This document shows, one piece after another, positions 12,428 through 25,889 of a stretch of 64,000 bases of DNA (positions within the stretch are counted from its first letter, which is position 1; each line of letters begins with the position of its first letter). Location: the NCBI RefSeq assembly GCF_963676685.1, contig NC_092347.1:66402001-66466000 (forward strand). Direction: 5' to 3'. The DNA comes from Mytilus edulis. Lineage: Eukaryota. The translations under genes and the position numbers were made by a program. A model generated the notes under the pieces. It searched no databases, had not been told where the DNA came from, and saw only the letters and a list, made by a program, of their open reading frames with translations.

Positions 12428-13130
12428 GTAAGGCGGAAGTATAAACCAGTAAAAAAAAAAAAAGGTGGAGGTTATACTCTTACTCCAGATGTATTCAAGT
12501 TATTTTTATTAGTCACAGCTTTAACAAAGCTTTATAGAAACTAAACACAACATCACTTGCATGTTAAAGACATCTTTAACAACGCAAGCAGTCAATTAGA
12601 TGATAAGTTGTTTAAAAAAAGATGTTTCTAAGTGTACACATGAAATTTACCCACCTGAACTAATTCGTACTAAGTCAGACACATAGCGACTAATGTCCCT
12701 TTTAGAACATAATATTACAAATTCCTATGGTAATATACATACTATACCATATGATAAACGGGACTCAGTTTTCTTTCATTGATGGTAATGTTTTTTTGGC
12801 ACTTTTAAATGGCAAGTTAAACTCACAGTTTGTATGCACATGTTTTCATTGAAGTCTATAATTTCGATGAACTTAATAATTTCGTTACTAAAAATAATTC
12901 TTTTGAAGATTTTTTATTCAAATAGACCAGACCAACTAAAAATTTAGTTTGATATTGGCCTACAGGGGAAATTAACAAAGCTTATAAATTAGTTAATGCA
13001 TCCCTAGAAAACGGCATATTTCAGATCAATCAAAATTCTAAATTTTAAAACTAATCCAAAATTGAAATATAACTTGCTAAATTGAGTAAAACAAATTCTA
13101 ACATTTATCAGATCTAACTTTCTTTTTTAG

Positions 13131-13266
13131 CTTCGCCAATTAGGATTTACTAATATTGATGCATTAGATCCCTCTGGTTCAATGTTGGCTCAGGCAAGAA
13201 AAAAGAATCTATACAATAATTATATATGTGATTTCCTTAGCGAATATACAATGCCAGCTCGAAATG
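13131..13266 (+). CDS. METTL27: METTL27-like methyltransferase, coding exon 3
   Basis: TCTTTTTTAG acceptor. LRQLGFTNIDALDPSGSMLAQARKKNLY... contains the post-I D-x-S-x-x-M-L motif. G|GTAAGC donor, phase 0/1, 136 nt. Not in the ORF track. Confidence 0.9.
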
Positions 13267-13775
13267 GTAAGCATCATGGACTTTTCTTCGGCTAAGGTTA
13301 TGAAAGCCTCATACAGAGATATTTTGATTAATTGACTACAAAATGATTGAAATTTTTCTAAACAAAATTAACTATAGATGATTATGATTTGCCTCATTTT
13401 AAGATCCACTTTTATTAATACATTGACTGTATTTCTTTTTAAATTGTTTAGCCTGGTTCTCGAACGAAACACACTGTTTCATGAAAAAAAATAGGTTAAA
13501 TTAAAGGATGTGAGTTCCCTTTACAAAACACCTGATGGAATTACTCAGTTTGGAGCAGTAGTTCTATTGAGCATGCACAATTTGTTTCAATATTGAATCT
13601 AGGTGCACATTGTAGTAACATTAGGCTATTGGTGATAAGTAATGTTTTTTTTGTCATATGAATACAAATGGATCATTTTAACCATTATTCTTTTAATTGC
13701 AAAATGCTATTTGAATCTATAAATGCAGTTAAAGACATCACTGAAAAAAATAAATAGAAATTATTGTATTCACAG

Positions 13776-13868
13776 CTTTTTACGATTGTATAACTACCTC
13801 TGGTGGGTTTGGATTAGGACACATTCCTGCTGATGCGCTTCATGATCTGATTCGATTGACTAAAAAAG
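13776..13868 (+). CDS. METTL27: METTL27-like methyltransferase, coding exon 4
   Basis: TTCACAG acceptor. (A)FYDCITTSGGFGLGHIPADALHDLIRLTKK(G) carries motifs II/III. G|GTATGA donor, phase 1/1, 93 nt. Confidence 0.9.
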
Positions 13869-13959
13869 GTATGATATTTATCAAAAAAAAAGTAACAAAT
13901 AGATTGGAGATAATGAGGAAAATTGTTAATATAAAACGTTATAATGATAGTAAATAAGA

Positions 13960-14115
13960 CCTGTTAAAACGTTTAAACCCGCTGCATTTGTTTGCACCTG
14001 TCCTAAGTCAGGAACCTGTTGATCAGTGGTTGTCGTTTGTTGATGTGGTTTATTAGTGTTTTTAGTTTCTCGTTTATTAGATAGATAAGACCATTGGTTT
14101 TCCTGTTTAAATGAT
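13960..14115 (+). repeat. SINE-like interspersed repeat fragment (CCTGTCC(C/T)AAGTCAGGA family)
   Basis: Related segments at ~15720-16065, ~28935-29125 and ~38690-38985. Confidence 0.55.
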
Positions 14116-14376
14116 TTAGACTATTTACCGGATTTGTAATCACATAAGCAACACGACGGGTGCCACATGTGGAGCAGGATCTGCTTACCCTTCCGGAGCA
14201 CCTGAGATCACCCCTAGTTTTTGGTGGGGTTCGTGTTGTTTATTCTTTAGTTTTCTATGTTGTGTCATATGTACTATTGTTTTTCTGTTTGTCTTTTTCA
14301 TTTTTAGCCATGGCGTTGTCAGTTTGTTTTAGATTTATGAGTTTGACTGTCCCTTTGGTATCTTTCGTCCCTCTTT
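14116..14376 (+). mobile_element. 5'-truncated 3' end of a Penelope-like retroelement in intron 4
   Basis: Near-identical to 36481-36717 and to the reverse complement of 32581-32842. Shared 3' end TATCTTTCGTCCCTCTTT. Confidence 0.8.
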
Positions 14377-14435
14377 TTTTTAACATTAATCTTTTTAATT
14401 AATTTTTTTGATAAATTCAAATTTTGTCTTAACAG

Positions 14436-14617
14436 GTGGATATATTATAATTGCAATGAGAGAGGAATACATCTATATGTCATGTTATAATGATATTCTA
14501 GAACCACTGATGAGAAAATTAGAAAATGAACAGAAATGGCAAATGGTACAACGAACAGTTATTCAGGAATACGCCTTCAACAAAACTGGAGTTTTGTATA
14601 TATTTGAAGTATCATAG
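14436..14617 (+). CDS. METTL27: METTL27-like methyltransferase, last coding exon
   Basis: TTAACAG acceptor. (G)GYIIIAMREEY...GVLYIFEVS then TAG. The five exons total 651 nt = 216 aa + stop, with consistent phases. Confidence 0.9.
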
Positions 14618-14793
14618 TGTGAAGAAACTAACATTAGGAATAATGTATTGATTTATGGTATCCATAAGCCTTAAACCGAAACATGGAGAACTAACGTGGT
14701 ATGCATTGTCTTTCAAATGTGCTGAAATGACTAGTAATGTTTGTAAATATATGATGTAAATATATGTCGTCAATTTATGTTCGTTTTTTTAAC

Positions 14794-14807
14794 AATAAAA
14801 CAATAAA
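14794..14807 (+). terminator. Polyadenylation signals of the methyltransferase gene
   Basis: Two AATAAA (14794, 14802) ~180 nt after the stop, followed by a GT-rich tract. Confidence 0.55.
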
Positions 14808-16328
14808 TACAGTGATGTTTCAATGGTTGTGTTAAACCTTTTGGGACCCTATGTAGAAACAAATCAGAAGTTCAGATACGGTACAATTTTCACTAGTGGT
14901 CATATTTGCTGAATATTGTCATTTTACTGAAGGTAACAAGCAAACCTGAAGTAATTGAACGAAATGCAAAAGGAACAAGAAGAGATCGATTTGCTCTACT
15001 GGGTACACGTTTCCTGCTATGAAAATTCCCACTCAGTCAACATGTCATTATCGGATATAGAGTTCAGACAAATACCTCCAAACGATTTTTGAGACATGTT
15101 TGGCGTTACTTCCGGTCCTGATTCGGTTAGATCTGTGTTTGTATGTATTTTCTGAATTTAAAAATATGTGTACCTGGAGCATTACCCAGGAGACATTTAT
15201 TACCTAAATGCACATTCTATGCATTAAAATAGGTACCGTTAAAAGTTATTTCCTCTGCAGGGTCGATTACTCCGATGCGATTATTTACCAATCCAGTAGG
15301 CCAATGCTTTAGTACGTACACTGTTTTATTACAACTTGACCTTATAAAGTAAAGAACTCATTGCAAATGAAGGAATATTTCCCCCTAGTTGACAAATCTG
15401 ATTCCTTGTCCGTTTTAGTTAAAATTGTGCTCATTTTCGGTTATAACAGCCTGTCAACGTTTGTTTGAGATTGAATTATAGACAGTTTGACCTGCAGCCT
15501 CACCGAAGAGACATTTATCGTCGAAATGAACATCGGGTGCTATTTAGGCATGAAACCATTTTGGAGCCTCGACTATTAAGAATGAATGTAGATTTAAGTC
15601 TAATTAAATTAACAGAAAACTGTCGTAGGCTCCAGGTCATTGTACGCACATACAATATCTTTTAAAATGATAACAAGAGGAATGAATAAACCCACAACAA
15701 GTACAGTTAAGACATTTTTAACTGATTTGTATAGTTGGTTCTTGTGTTATACTTTTAAACCATTCCTCCAAGTTTAGGGATGGTTTGACATCAACAAACA
15801 CGTTTAACCCCACCGCATTCTGTATGTGTTTAACCCCAGTAAGGAGCCTGTAAATCAGGGGTTGATGTTTGTTGCTGTATATTACATTCGTTATTCGTTT
15901 ATTGGTTTGTACATAAATCAGGTCTTTTTTTCTACCTTCTACAGCTTCAATGCAGAATTGGATTTGCAGGCCCAACAATGATCTATCGTTGTAACTTCTA
16001 CGTAAGTTTGTCTTTTGTGGACAGTTGTTTCTATGGCAATCATGCAACATCTTCTTATTTTGATATGTTGGAAGTGCACGACCCTGCATTTTCTTTGTTT
16101 CTTGTCATTATCCTAGGCCTCATATGAATTTCAAACAGCGGTTTACTACTGCTGCCTTTATTTATATCTTCATGATGTCAAGGCGCTTATTCCTGAAGAA
16201 GGTAAATTCAGAAATGTGCTTCGGACGCCTGAAATATGAATTTATAATTATTTTTTCTTAATAAAAGTTGTGATTTGTGTAATAATGAAAAAACTCATCA
16301 TAGATACCATGACTAAATTTTGTACATA

Positions 16329-16370
16329 CGCCAGACGTGCGTTTCGCCTACAAAAGACTCATCAGTGACG
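16329..16370 (-). ncRNA. Type I hammerhead ribozyme within a retrozyme-like repeat (16291-16465)
   Basis: Reverse complement reads CGTCA-CTGATGA-GTCT tttgt AGGC-GAAA-CGCAC-GTC-TGGCG. Core is intact and stems pair with G-U wobbles. Confidence 0.85.
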
Positions 16371-18344
16371 CTCAAATCCAAAAAAGTTAAAAAGGCCAAA
16401 CAAAGTACGAAGTTGAAGAGCATTGAGGACCAAAATTCCTAAAAGTTTTGCCAAATCCCGCTAAGAAGGTTGCAAGGAGCAACCGGAAACAAAAAGTCGA
16501 AGAGCATCTGACAAATCTTTTGCTTAAGCAAATCTACGAGATAACCAACAACAATCAACACAATACTAGGTTTTAGAAATACTTCATTTGACTTATTATC
16601 TCTAAAATGGAGCAAATTTTTGAAATAAAACCTTTTATTTTAATCTCCTAACAGGTTTGGAGAGCACATATTGTTTCGATTTCGCGTACGTTTAAGTGTA
16701 TTTAATGTATACATATATGGAAACGTCCGGTAATATTGAGATCATAAATAAGATAGTTCATGTAGAGATAGGTGCTGATTGCACATTGAAAAGAAATGAA
16801 ACAGCTCTCTTGGAACCATTCGAAGGCATGGTATCAGGCAAAATTTCTGTCGTATTTAAGATTCTATCGTTTTGAAGTGGCATATTCACCAATATGTCAT
16901 GTTAATTTTTCATTACACATTACTTAGTCCTGCAATACATGCCACAGACATAAGTAAATATCAAGCAAAAGAACTTTTTGCCTCTCCACGTATGTCATTG
17001 GAAAAAAAACCATTGTATTTTGAACCATAATGATCAATGTCTTTTTGTGTTTCGTTTGAAATGGCTAATTTCAAGCCCTATTTATGGTTGAATGGGAAAC
17101 AAGTTTTGTAACTTATATTAATCCGTTTGCGTGTCGTGTGCTGCCTTGTAGCGGCATTAGCCTCCTCTTTTTTAAAATCTACAAGGGTGTCTTGTACGTT
17201 CAAGAGATATGACTCTCTCTCTTTTTAATATCACGGGTTTACCATTTTTCGTCCCCTTCCGATGACAATCATCGTTTCCTCAAGACCAATTATTGATTTT
17301 GAATAGACACAAAACTGTACTTGGCGTTGTTTGCTGTGTGTCACACTTCTTTTTTCGTTTATTGATTTGTCTTTAATCAAGGCAACTGAAGTGTAAAGAT
17401 GGTCAAATTCTGTAAATTGATTAGATCAAAAATAAAATAAAAATAAAACAGGGAGACGTTCATAAAACCTGACAAAACCAAATGCTCGACTTTATCATTC
17501 AACGTAACGAATGAAAAACAATTGTTATGTTTTGTCTTGATGTCTTAGTACAGGCATTCTGTAGCGTGTACTACTATACATGCATTTCCCGTTATCTTGT
17601 CGAAATGTCTAATCGGGAATAGGACACAATCCAAAAATTACATATCAGACGAATTTCAGACCGCGATTAAAAAATCTTTACACTAATCGTTTAAATATAA
17701 AGAAGATATTCATACTTTATTTTTAAAAATATGACACTTTTGAAACTTGAAATTAAAAAAGAGAATTAATACAAAGTAAATATATTTTCATATTTCAGCA
17801 TTGACTAAGTAACGTCAAATGCTTTTTTACTGTATATGCAACAGTTGTTCGTCCGAAATGTAGATTGTCCGTGCCATATTTCACTTCCATAGAATTATAT
17901 AGAAATGTATGTGTGCATTTATTTTCATCTTTCTCATTTTGAAGTGTAAAGTACTGTCTGTTCTATACCTGTAATAATACATGACAGATCATTCTGTATT
18001 TAACTTTCCATGCAACTAATAACACAATCCATTTAGCAAGGCAGTGATGATGTTTCGCGACCATATCTATGTGGTAATGGTATTTCGCCTCCAAACCTAA
18101 GTAGTCATAATGTTGAGCGACCAAACATAGACAGTATTGTTTTTCGCCATCAAACCTTGGCAGATTTGTTTTTTATCACAGTTTCAAGGCAGTAATGATA
18201 TTGTAAAAGGCAATCTTTCAATTTTGTAAGTGCAACAGTAGAAGTTCTAGTTGTCTATATTCCGATTAAGGTTGTCCTCACATACTGTTGTATCAATTGA
18301 ACCTCAAACTTGAATGTCTTTTTTTATCTTCTTGAAAAAACATT

Positions 18345-21235
18345 GTGGATGCCTTAAAAATAAAAGAAACATAATTTAATAGAAATTATTCTACAGAAGA
18401 ACTCCTAAACATTGGATTATTGGTTTGTCCAGACAGGCAAATATGATGAGGTAAAGGATGAAGTTAACACTTTTTATCGCAGTTTTACAAATGAAATTGT
18501 AAATGAAGAAACTCTAAAAATGATGCCAATGAATGACACAATAACATATTTATTTAGTAAATACTAGGCGTGAAAGGACAATGTATCATAACGCCATTTT
18601 TGTGGTGCCCTGTAATTCGAAAATCAAAGAGCATTTTTAAATCTGATAAACTTCATATTCCAGATGATCATAACACATCTTAATATCTGTTTTTTTTTAT
18701 ATTTCTGAAATTTATATTAGATATGTGTATTAGGGATTCAAAAAGTTTGCGTTTGGTGAAAACCTACAAAATATACGAAAGTAGACTCATTTTGAAATCT
18801 TGTTATCAATATTCAGATATGAGCATCATATTTACCCTAAAAAATATAGTGCTACGGGGTGTTTACCGGTGCAAATTGTGTGAAAAAAGCTTTTGGGTTT
18901 GACTATGTTTTTTTTATAAATATTTTGACCACTATTTTCTGCACACAAATTTTCAGATTACATCATTCTGTTCATGTATCGATCAAAGTGCTATAATATC
19001 GAAATACTTGAATGATTTTTCTATAAATACAGTCATTTTAGGGGTCAAATTATAGTTTTTGGCTCTCATCCTCCTTTATGTTTTATACATTAATATGCTC
19101 TCAAAGTAAAAGTTTCTACTAGGTAACCGAGACTGGTGGTTATTGATAATTGAAATAACATATTTACGTAGTCATACTAACATTAATACAAATAAAAACT
19201 TATATAAAAGGTAAATGCCGTCTTTATGACATATTTGAACTTTTTAGATACCTAGCAAGTATCAAGAAAGTGAATATTAAGAAATTTAAGATTTGCCCGA
19301 AGAATTTTGATTTTGTCTGTAACAAGGTCAACAACATGACAACATATTTAACTTCAACTAATTTTCCCAGTAACATGTGCGTATTTGCTTATGCCGCGTG
19401 ATCAGCCATTTATCTGTCTTTGTAAAAGGCCACATTAAGTACATATCGGTTAAAGTATAGGTTATCTGTTACAATCCTATAGTTATGTATACGATAGGCG
19501 TTGTTTTGGTCCGTTAGTACAAGGCTTAAGTTGAAATATAGGGTTCTATAGCTTAGATTTTGAACTTGTTTATCTGACCTGAATTCAAACTATTATATAT
19601 ATATCGTCACCACTTATATGACTTTAGCTAATGATCTTCCATGATGCACTACTAAATATTCAACAACAAATATTATGTTATTCCAGTCGATAACAAATTA
19701 TGAATGATAGCATGAAATATTTCCAACTAAAAGGAATGTTCTCATTTATTTTTTGTACAATTTCCTGTTTAAAATTTCTATAAAAAACTAAAGACAAAAC
19801 CTTTTCAATATTAACGTAGAAAACTTGACTATTTTTTGTTGAAAATAGCTTGGATTTTTTAATTCCAATCTATGCTATCATTCATTGCCATTTCCGGTTT
19901 CTTACTTTCGGAACATTTCCGAATTTTATATTGATCGCACTCATTTGTTGAAGCTTGTATCGAATAAGTCCAAGGAGTTCCGAGTGCATACTATAACACA
20001 ACTTGTTCAGTTCACACAAATGAGATAAAAGGACTGCACAATTGTTAACTGTGGATTTTATAGTCTCTCATAATCAGCTGACTATAACGTCACTAACATT
20101 GATAGCGTATAAATAAAATAGGAAAATCCGTTAAATATAGAACAGAAGTATATAGGGTATACATACTGTTAGGTAAAACATGTTGACAACATTGTGATTA
20201 ATTCATTATAAAAATAACAACTATTTGGCTTTGGTTTTTTAATATCTTGATGATAAATAATTCTCGATGAAGTAAGGATCTTTATTGATGAGCTTTGAAT
20301 CATAATATATGCTGATTCCAGAATAAATATACTATTGATCATAAGATGTAATACAAATTATACAAAGGCAAATACCAAAGTAATTTCTATTAACCGGACC
20401 GGACGGAAATTCACTAAAATATCACTAAGAAAAAAGGCGGAAGGCCATTATAAGGGTGGGATGTTAAATAAAGTCCGGAGTCATTGCATCCGATAAGAAG
20501 CAGAGAGAGGACTAGGTCAATATCATATCTAACTCCAAGGGTATCAAAACAATATCTATAATTTAAAGTCCATGTCTGAAGTTCACACATGTTACGCTTA
20601 CATATTTTGCAATACGATGAAATAAATCAGATTGTAATTAGTCCTTATTTGCATAGATTATTATCGGTTAACACCAGGTCTATCCAGGCCACTTGCGGTT
20701 CACAACTGTCAATATATATTAGTATTCAATCTAGTGCAAAATGATTGTAATGCAATCTGTTATACCACAAACAAGTTGAATAAATGATCATTTAATGTCA
20801 CCATACTAAAGGGCGGGTTATATCTTACTACAGCCCCACTTATAACTAACTTAGCAGAATTTAAATGTACCAACACTGTCATTGTAACGGTATAATTTAA
20901 TTAAAAGCGATATAATGATTTTTAAACAATGAAATTATTTCTCCAATCATCATTGACGTTTCTATCTTTTCACATTCCTCGACATATTTGTATTCAACTA
21001 CCCGTTTTAGGAAATACTTGTGTTGTTTTTAAAGTTTTTAAAATGTGTAGATTAAAATGCTATGTCAACCTTCCCGAATCGTGTTGATCAATAAAATGTT
21101 TAAAACAGTAGAATTAAAAAAAAACATGTTTTTTTCCCAGCAACATGTTTAACGGACTGAGTATAGTGAAACAAGCTGCTATATACATTTTATATCACAT
21201 CGAGACCCTGCAGTCTAAATATAAAAAGTAAATTA
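18345..21235 (+). pseudogene. Decayed partial tandem duplicate of the METTL27-like gene (exon 1, intron 1, part of exon 2)
   Basis: 18345-18450 aligns to exon 1 (…CAGACAGGCAAATATGATGAG|GTAAAG) but has ATG>GTG, an in-frame TAA and a +1 frameshift. Intron blocks 19320-20790 match 10570-11950. Exon 2 relic at ~21141-21232 is truncated by a repeat. Confidence 0.8.
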
Positions 21236-23707
21236 ACAAAAATACCGAACTCCAAGGAAAATTCAAAGCGGAAACTCAAAATCAAAAATCTATAACACAT
21301 CAAATGATGTTTGATTATATATATTATACAAGTTGTAGGATTGTGAAATTGATCAAATAGAAGAGGCAGTATATTTCAATAAAAATATTGCAGCATTACT
21401 TTTTTAGGGTTATGCATATCAATTTTTATGGGTTTATAGAACTCTAAACAAAACACCTTTTAAAGGATATTTACAACAAATCAAACAGATATTTAAGTGA
21501 TCCATTCTTGGCTACAATAAAGATTCTTCTAGATATACACTTGATACTTATCCACTTATTATAGTTCAAGAAAACAAAGATAGTGACGGATGTCCTTTAA
21601 AAACCTTGATATAGGAATTTCGTTTATTTTTTAATACAAAGATGTTTAATGCATTGGTGTTGTCAGTTTATGTTCGACTTATAAGTTTGAATGTCCTTTT
21701 TAGGATTACTCGCCTCTCTTTTAACAAAAAATCATCAAACAGTCCAGGCTTATAATTTTGCTCGCAATATAAGTACGATATTAATGAGCTTCAAAAACCG
21801 AAGATTTCCATCTATGAATGAGGTTTAGTATAAACCAATTTGCGTTCAAAATATTGATAGATTACCTTTTTTATTAGATATAAAAACAAAAGTAGAATGA
21901 CAGCGACAAGTATTTATTATTTCATATTTTTTGAAAAATCATTCAACATTTCATTTATAGTAGATTTGAAAAATGAACAAATTAATGGTATTTAGTGTCA
22001 ACACAAAGGGGACGTTCTACCAGGCTGGTAAAAACGTGCAGACGACATGTCTAGAAGCAAAGTAATCGATCCAGTGGATGAACTGACACATAAGGATGCC
22101 AGATTTATATTTTGTACGATTGTCAAGAATGAAACTGGACAAATTACCCATTTCGGGATGGTGATTTTTTTCGGGCTATTTGTTGTATGCATTGTGTTTT
22201 TTTCGGGTGGCCAAACAAGGACATTATTTCAATGAACTATACATGTACCGAGACATTGGGATCTTATTTATTCACTTTATTTTGCCTTTCGTACGTTTTT
22301 GATTATAAGCCTATTGTATCCGAAACGCGCTGTATTTTGAATTTGGAATGTTTAAATTTTCAAAAATGAATGACTTTAAAAATGTTGATTATCGTGGAAT
22401 ACATTAACATGTCGTTTTATAATTACATTCTAGAAGAAAGGAAAATATAATGTAAATATATGTAATTTTTTTCAATTTATTTTCGTTTTCAATTTTCAAT
22501 TAATTTTCGCAATGGTTTGATGTATATGGGTTTGTTAGGAAATCGAGTGTTCCTGCAGTGATGAAGCTAACGTCTATAAAATGTTCTGACAGCTCTGTGT
22601 AGCACAGTTGCTTTTTGTATTTTATATTTATTTTAGCTTATTTGATAAACATTTTTTTTTTCGTTATATAGATTCAATTTATTTGTTTTTTTTTTGTTAA
22701 ATTTTTATCTTATGAAAAATTAGCTTGGACTGTATCAAAAGGACAAATTGCAATGTTGGATTAGTCAATGTTTTATTTTAGACATGGTTATAAGAACAAA
22801 GTGTGGTGAACGGGAGGCAACTCTGAATAAACATTTTATATTAAAAGCATAGGATTCATAGACAAAACTTTGAAACAGCTATCGCTGGGGTTCGCATGAC
22901 GAGAAAATATTAAATAATTTTATGTGTTCACAACATTTTCCCTGACAATTTAATATATGTTAAAGAAAGTTACCATTTATGTTCAAACAAAGGTAATTGT
23001 TTTAATGTCTCAGATAAATGCTTGCAAACTGAAAGACGCGTTTAAACGACGAGGGATAACTTAGTTGTCCTCATCGGAATTGTTAGGCAACGGCGATCGA
23101 CATGATATTCCAAATATTGATATTCATTTCCCCTTTCAAACAAACAATATTGATTCAACGTTTAGATTTTTGTTAAAAACGTTTCCTTACTTATTGAGAT
23201 ATTTTTGCCTCCAGTAATGACATGTCTTTGTCTGTTACCCACTTGTCACAAACAAAAAAGAAAAGTGAATGTGGAAATTTGTTGTTATGGTGAAGGTCAA
23301 TAAACCTCAGAGAAACAGTTTAGCCTAATCTCGGTAAAATTTTCTTTTAGAATAAACAAGATATGCTGGCCTTTAACGATCCTTAGTAGTACAGTGCACG
23401 TACAACGTGATTTGGCTTCAGTATGAAGATATTACTTTTTCAAAGACATATTGAAAATAATAATGCCGACAGACATATGAGAAAAAAATTACGAAACTAC
23501 TACATTCTAATGACACTGTAAGGATTGTACGAAAAAACCGGACATTTTAGCAATGAGTTAAAAAAAATGTCGTCCAGATCGATTTTTTAAAAGGTTTATA
23601 TGCTTTGTATTAGGTCTTGTATCTTAGATATTTGGTCTCTAGAATCAGTGAAGGGTCATCAATTGTCAACATGCGCATCTGGTGCTTTAAAAAAATAATA
23701 TAATATT

Positions 23708-24072
23708 TTTTATTATATACTTAGTAGTAAATACAGATAAATTGTATGTGTAATACAATCAATGGCAAGCGTGCTGTATCAGCCACCCGTGATGATATCG
23801 ATATTAGCACGGTTGCAAAAGCTGTATCACACATTTAATCTGTATGACGTCACGTCATCGATTACAGTCACTGTTGCAAAGCTTTATCAAATCCCTAATC
23901 CGTATGACGTAATGTCAAACCTATATTCTGTATGACGTCATTTTAAAACCCCTTATCTGTATGACGTCATTGTCACATAAAAAACATCTACTTGAGGTTA
24001 GTGTATATAATAAAGTGTATATGATATGGCTTTTCAATATCACACACCGTATCAACCCTCAACCAATATAAT
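23708..24072. repeat. Probable non-autonomous element with internal ~29-bp subrepeats carrying TGACGTCA
   Basis: TGTATGACGT(C/A)A occurs four times (23845, 23905, 23933, 23962). Bracketed by TTATTATATAC / GTATATAATAA. Confidence 0.45.
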
Positions 24073-25889
24073 CCTTGCCGACCTATTCTTGTTTTCTTAT
24101 GAGTCGGATTAGAGATAAAAGAAACAACCGACAAATCTTCCTCTATATAATTTTAGACACATATCTAATATTGGACATTAGTTGTCATCGCAGTGCCAGA
24201 GTCTATGACAAATGAGACAATTTAGATTTAAAATGATTGATTTCTCTCAACTGAGTAGCAGTTTATATACTCATCTGATAAAAAAAAAAAATACCTTTCC
24301 CAACAGATACGATATTGAAAATATTACAGACGGTACTTATAATCAATCTTCATGGATGTCGGAGAAACCTATTAATGAGCAGTAGATTTGTCAAAGATCG
24401 CGATCGTTTAAACCTTTATCTCAAACAGTGCATTTAAAGTTATAAAACCTAATTGAATATTAAATAAATATGGTTGTCTGTGTACTATTATGTCTCTTTG
24501 GTCGTATGATGATCAAGAAGGGAGCTACGGTTGAATGCTAGCCATTTTTACAGTGCTATTTTCATTTTATGTACCCTCGTATATATATTTTACTTTTTCT
24601 ATTCTATTTTGGGCGGTGGTGTTTATGTCATAACGTTTTACTAGATTTACCATCAACTGCAAATCTTTTTTTATTGGTGTTTTTGTTAATATTGATTGTA
24701 TAATTGTGTCAACATAACGAAATTATACACAACTATAATATAAGTAGGAGGTTGCGTTAGCTATAAAACCAGGTGTAACCCTCAACTTTCTTCGGAAAAT
24801 GCTTGTACAAGGTAAGACATTTGTTTACAAGTATTTCCATTGGTAAGTAAATTCAATCGCGTATTTAAGTCAGTTTTATGAACTTTTCCCTTATACAATT
24901 ACAATATCTATAGGAGTTAGGTATTGGACAATTCCGACTTTGCGATTATAACTCGGAATATTATTGCCAAGCAAGGACAATAGGCCCAATGTACAAAGAT
25001 CTGACAGCCTATACCAGCTTAGCTATAATTGTTGTTGTTTTGTTTCGAAAAATCAGCTCATCAACTTTGTATTAGGTTTTGGATTTTCAGATATTTTAGC
25101 TTTTAACATTTTTTCAAGAGACATGCATGGTCTTGAAAATGCATTTGGGAAAAAATGAAACCTTATATCATTCGACATCTCAACAAACGGTCTACATAAT
25201 GCTTCAAGTATACCAGAGTCCTTTTGACATCATGTTATATGTATAGTTACTATAAATATCAAAAACTGGCTTATTTAAAAGTTCTTTACTTAATTGTATA
25301 TTTAGGACTACTAGAATAGATGTCAAGGTGTATCGACACATCCAAAATATATGATGATTCAACTTTTTTAATCATAAAATGTTATTAAAAAAGGATGCAG
25401 CAAAGCATTTGTATTTGATTGAGAAAATGATTTGTGTTAAAATGAAGTTTTCATTGGGGAAGTGCATATCACTGAAGCGTTATAAACTACATATAATATA
25501 GTGCCAGATCGAAAACAATATCCGGAAGTCCCAGTCGTTTATTGTTCTTCAAAGAATTCTTCAACAGTATTTGCAGGAAACAATGTGATAGAAAAAAGCC
25601 AAGTAATTATTGATAACAAAACGTTAATATCCATTGTTAACTATTTACTTCTCTAAATTACCATATGTTGAAGTGATTCAACTATATTGAGTTTTAACAA
25701 GAAATATCACGTAAAATGGCTAAAATCTATAATGCCATGATGCAGATAACAATAAAAACTGCCTTTACATGTTACATAAACTCATTAAATCATTCATCTC
25801 AACTATACTAAAAGACTCGATTATCTAGCCACCAACACGTAAAGATAAACGTCTTAATATTGCAAAGAATCATAGAATGAAGGTTTTCT

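Noticed and set aside
14160-14402. Recurrent hydrophobic ORF MPHVEQDLLTLPEHLRSPL... (also 32513, 36500, 46960)
   Set aside because: Lies in the 3' non-coding tail of a retroelement, starts at GTG, has variable ends, and one copy is inside an intron.
14840-15660. Higher-complexity stretch that might be a decayed coding or transposon sequence
   Set aside because: No sustained reading frame or motif I could identify with confidence. Needs BLASTx.
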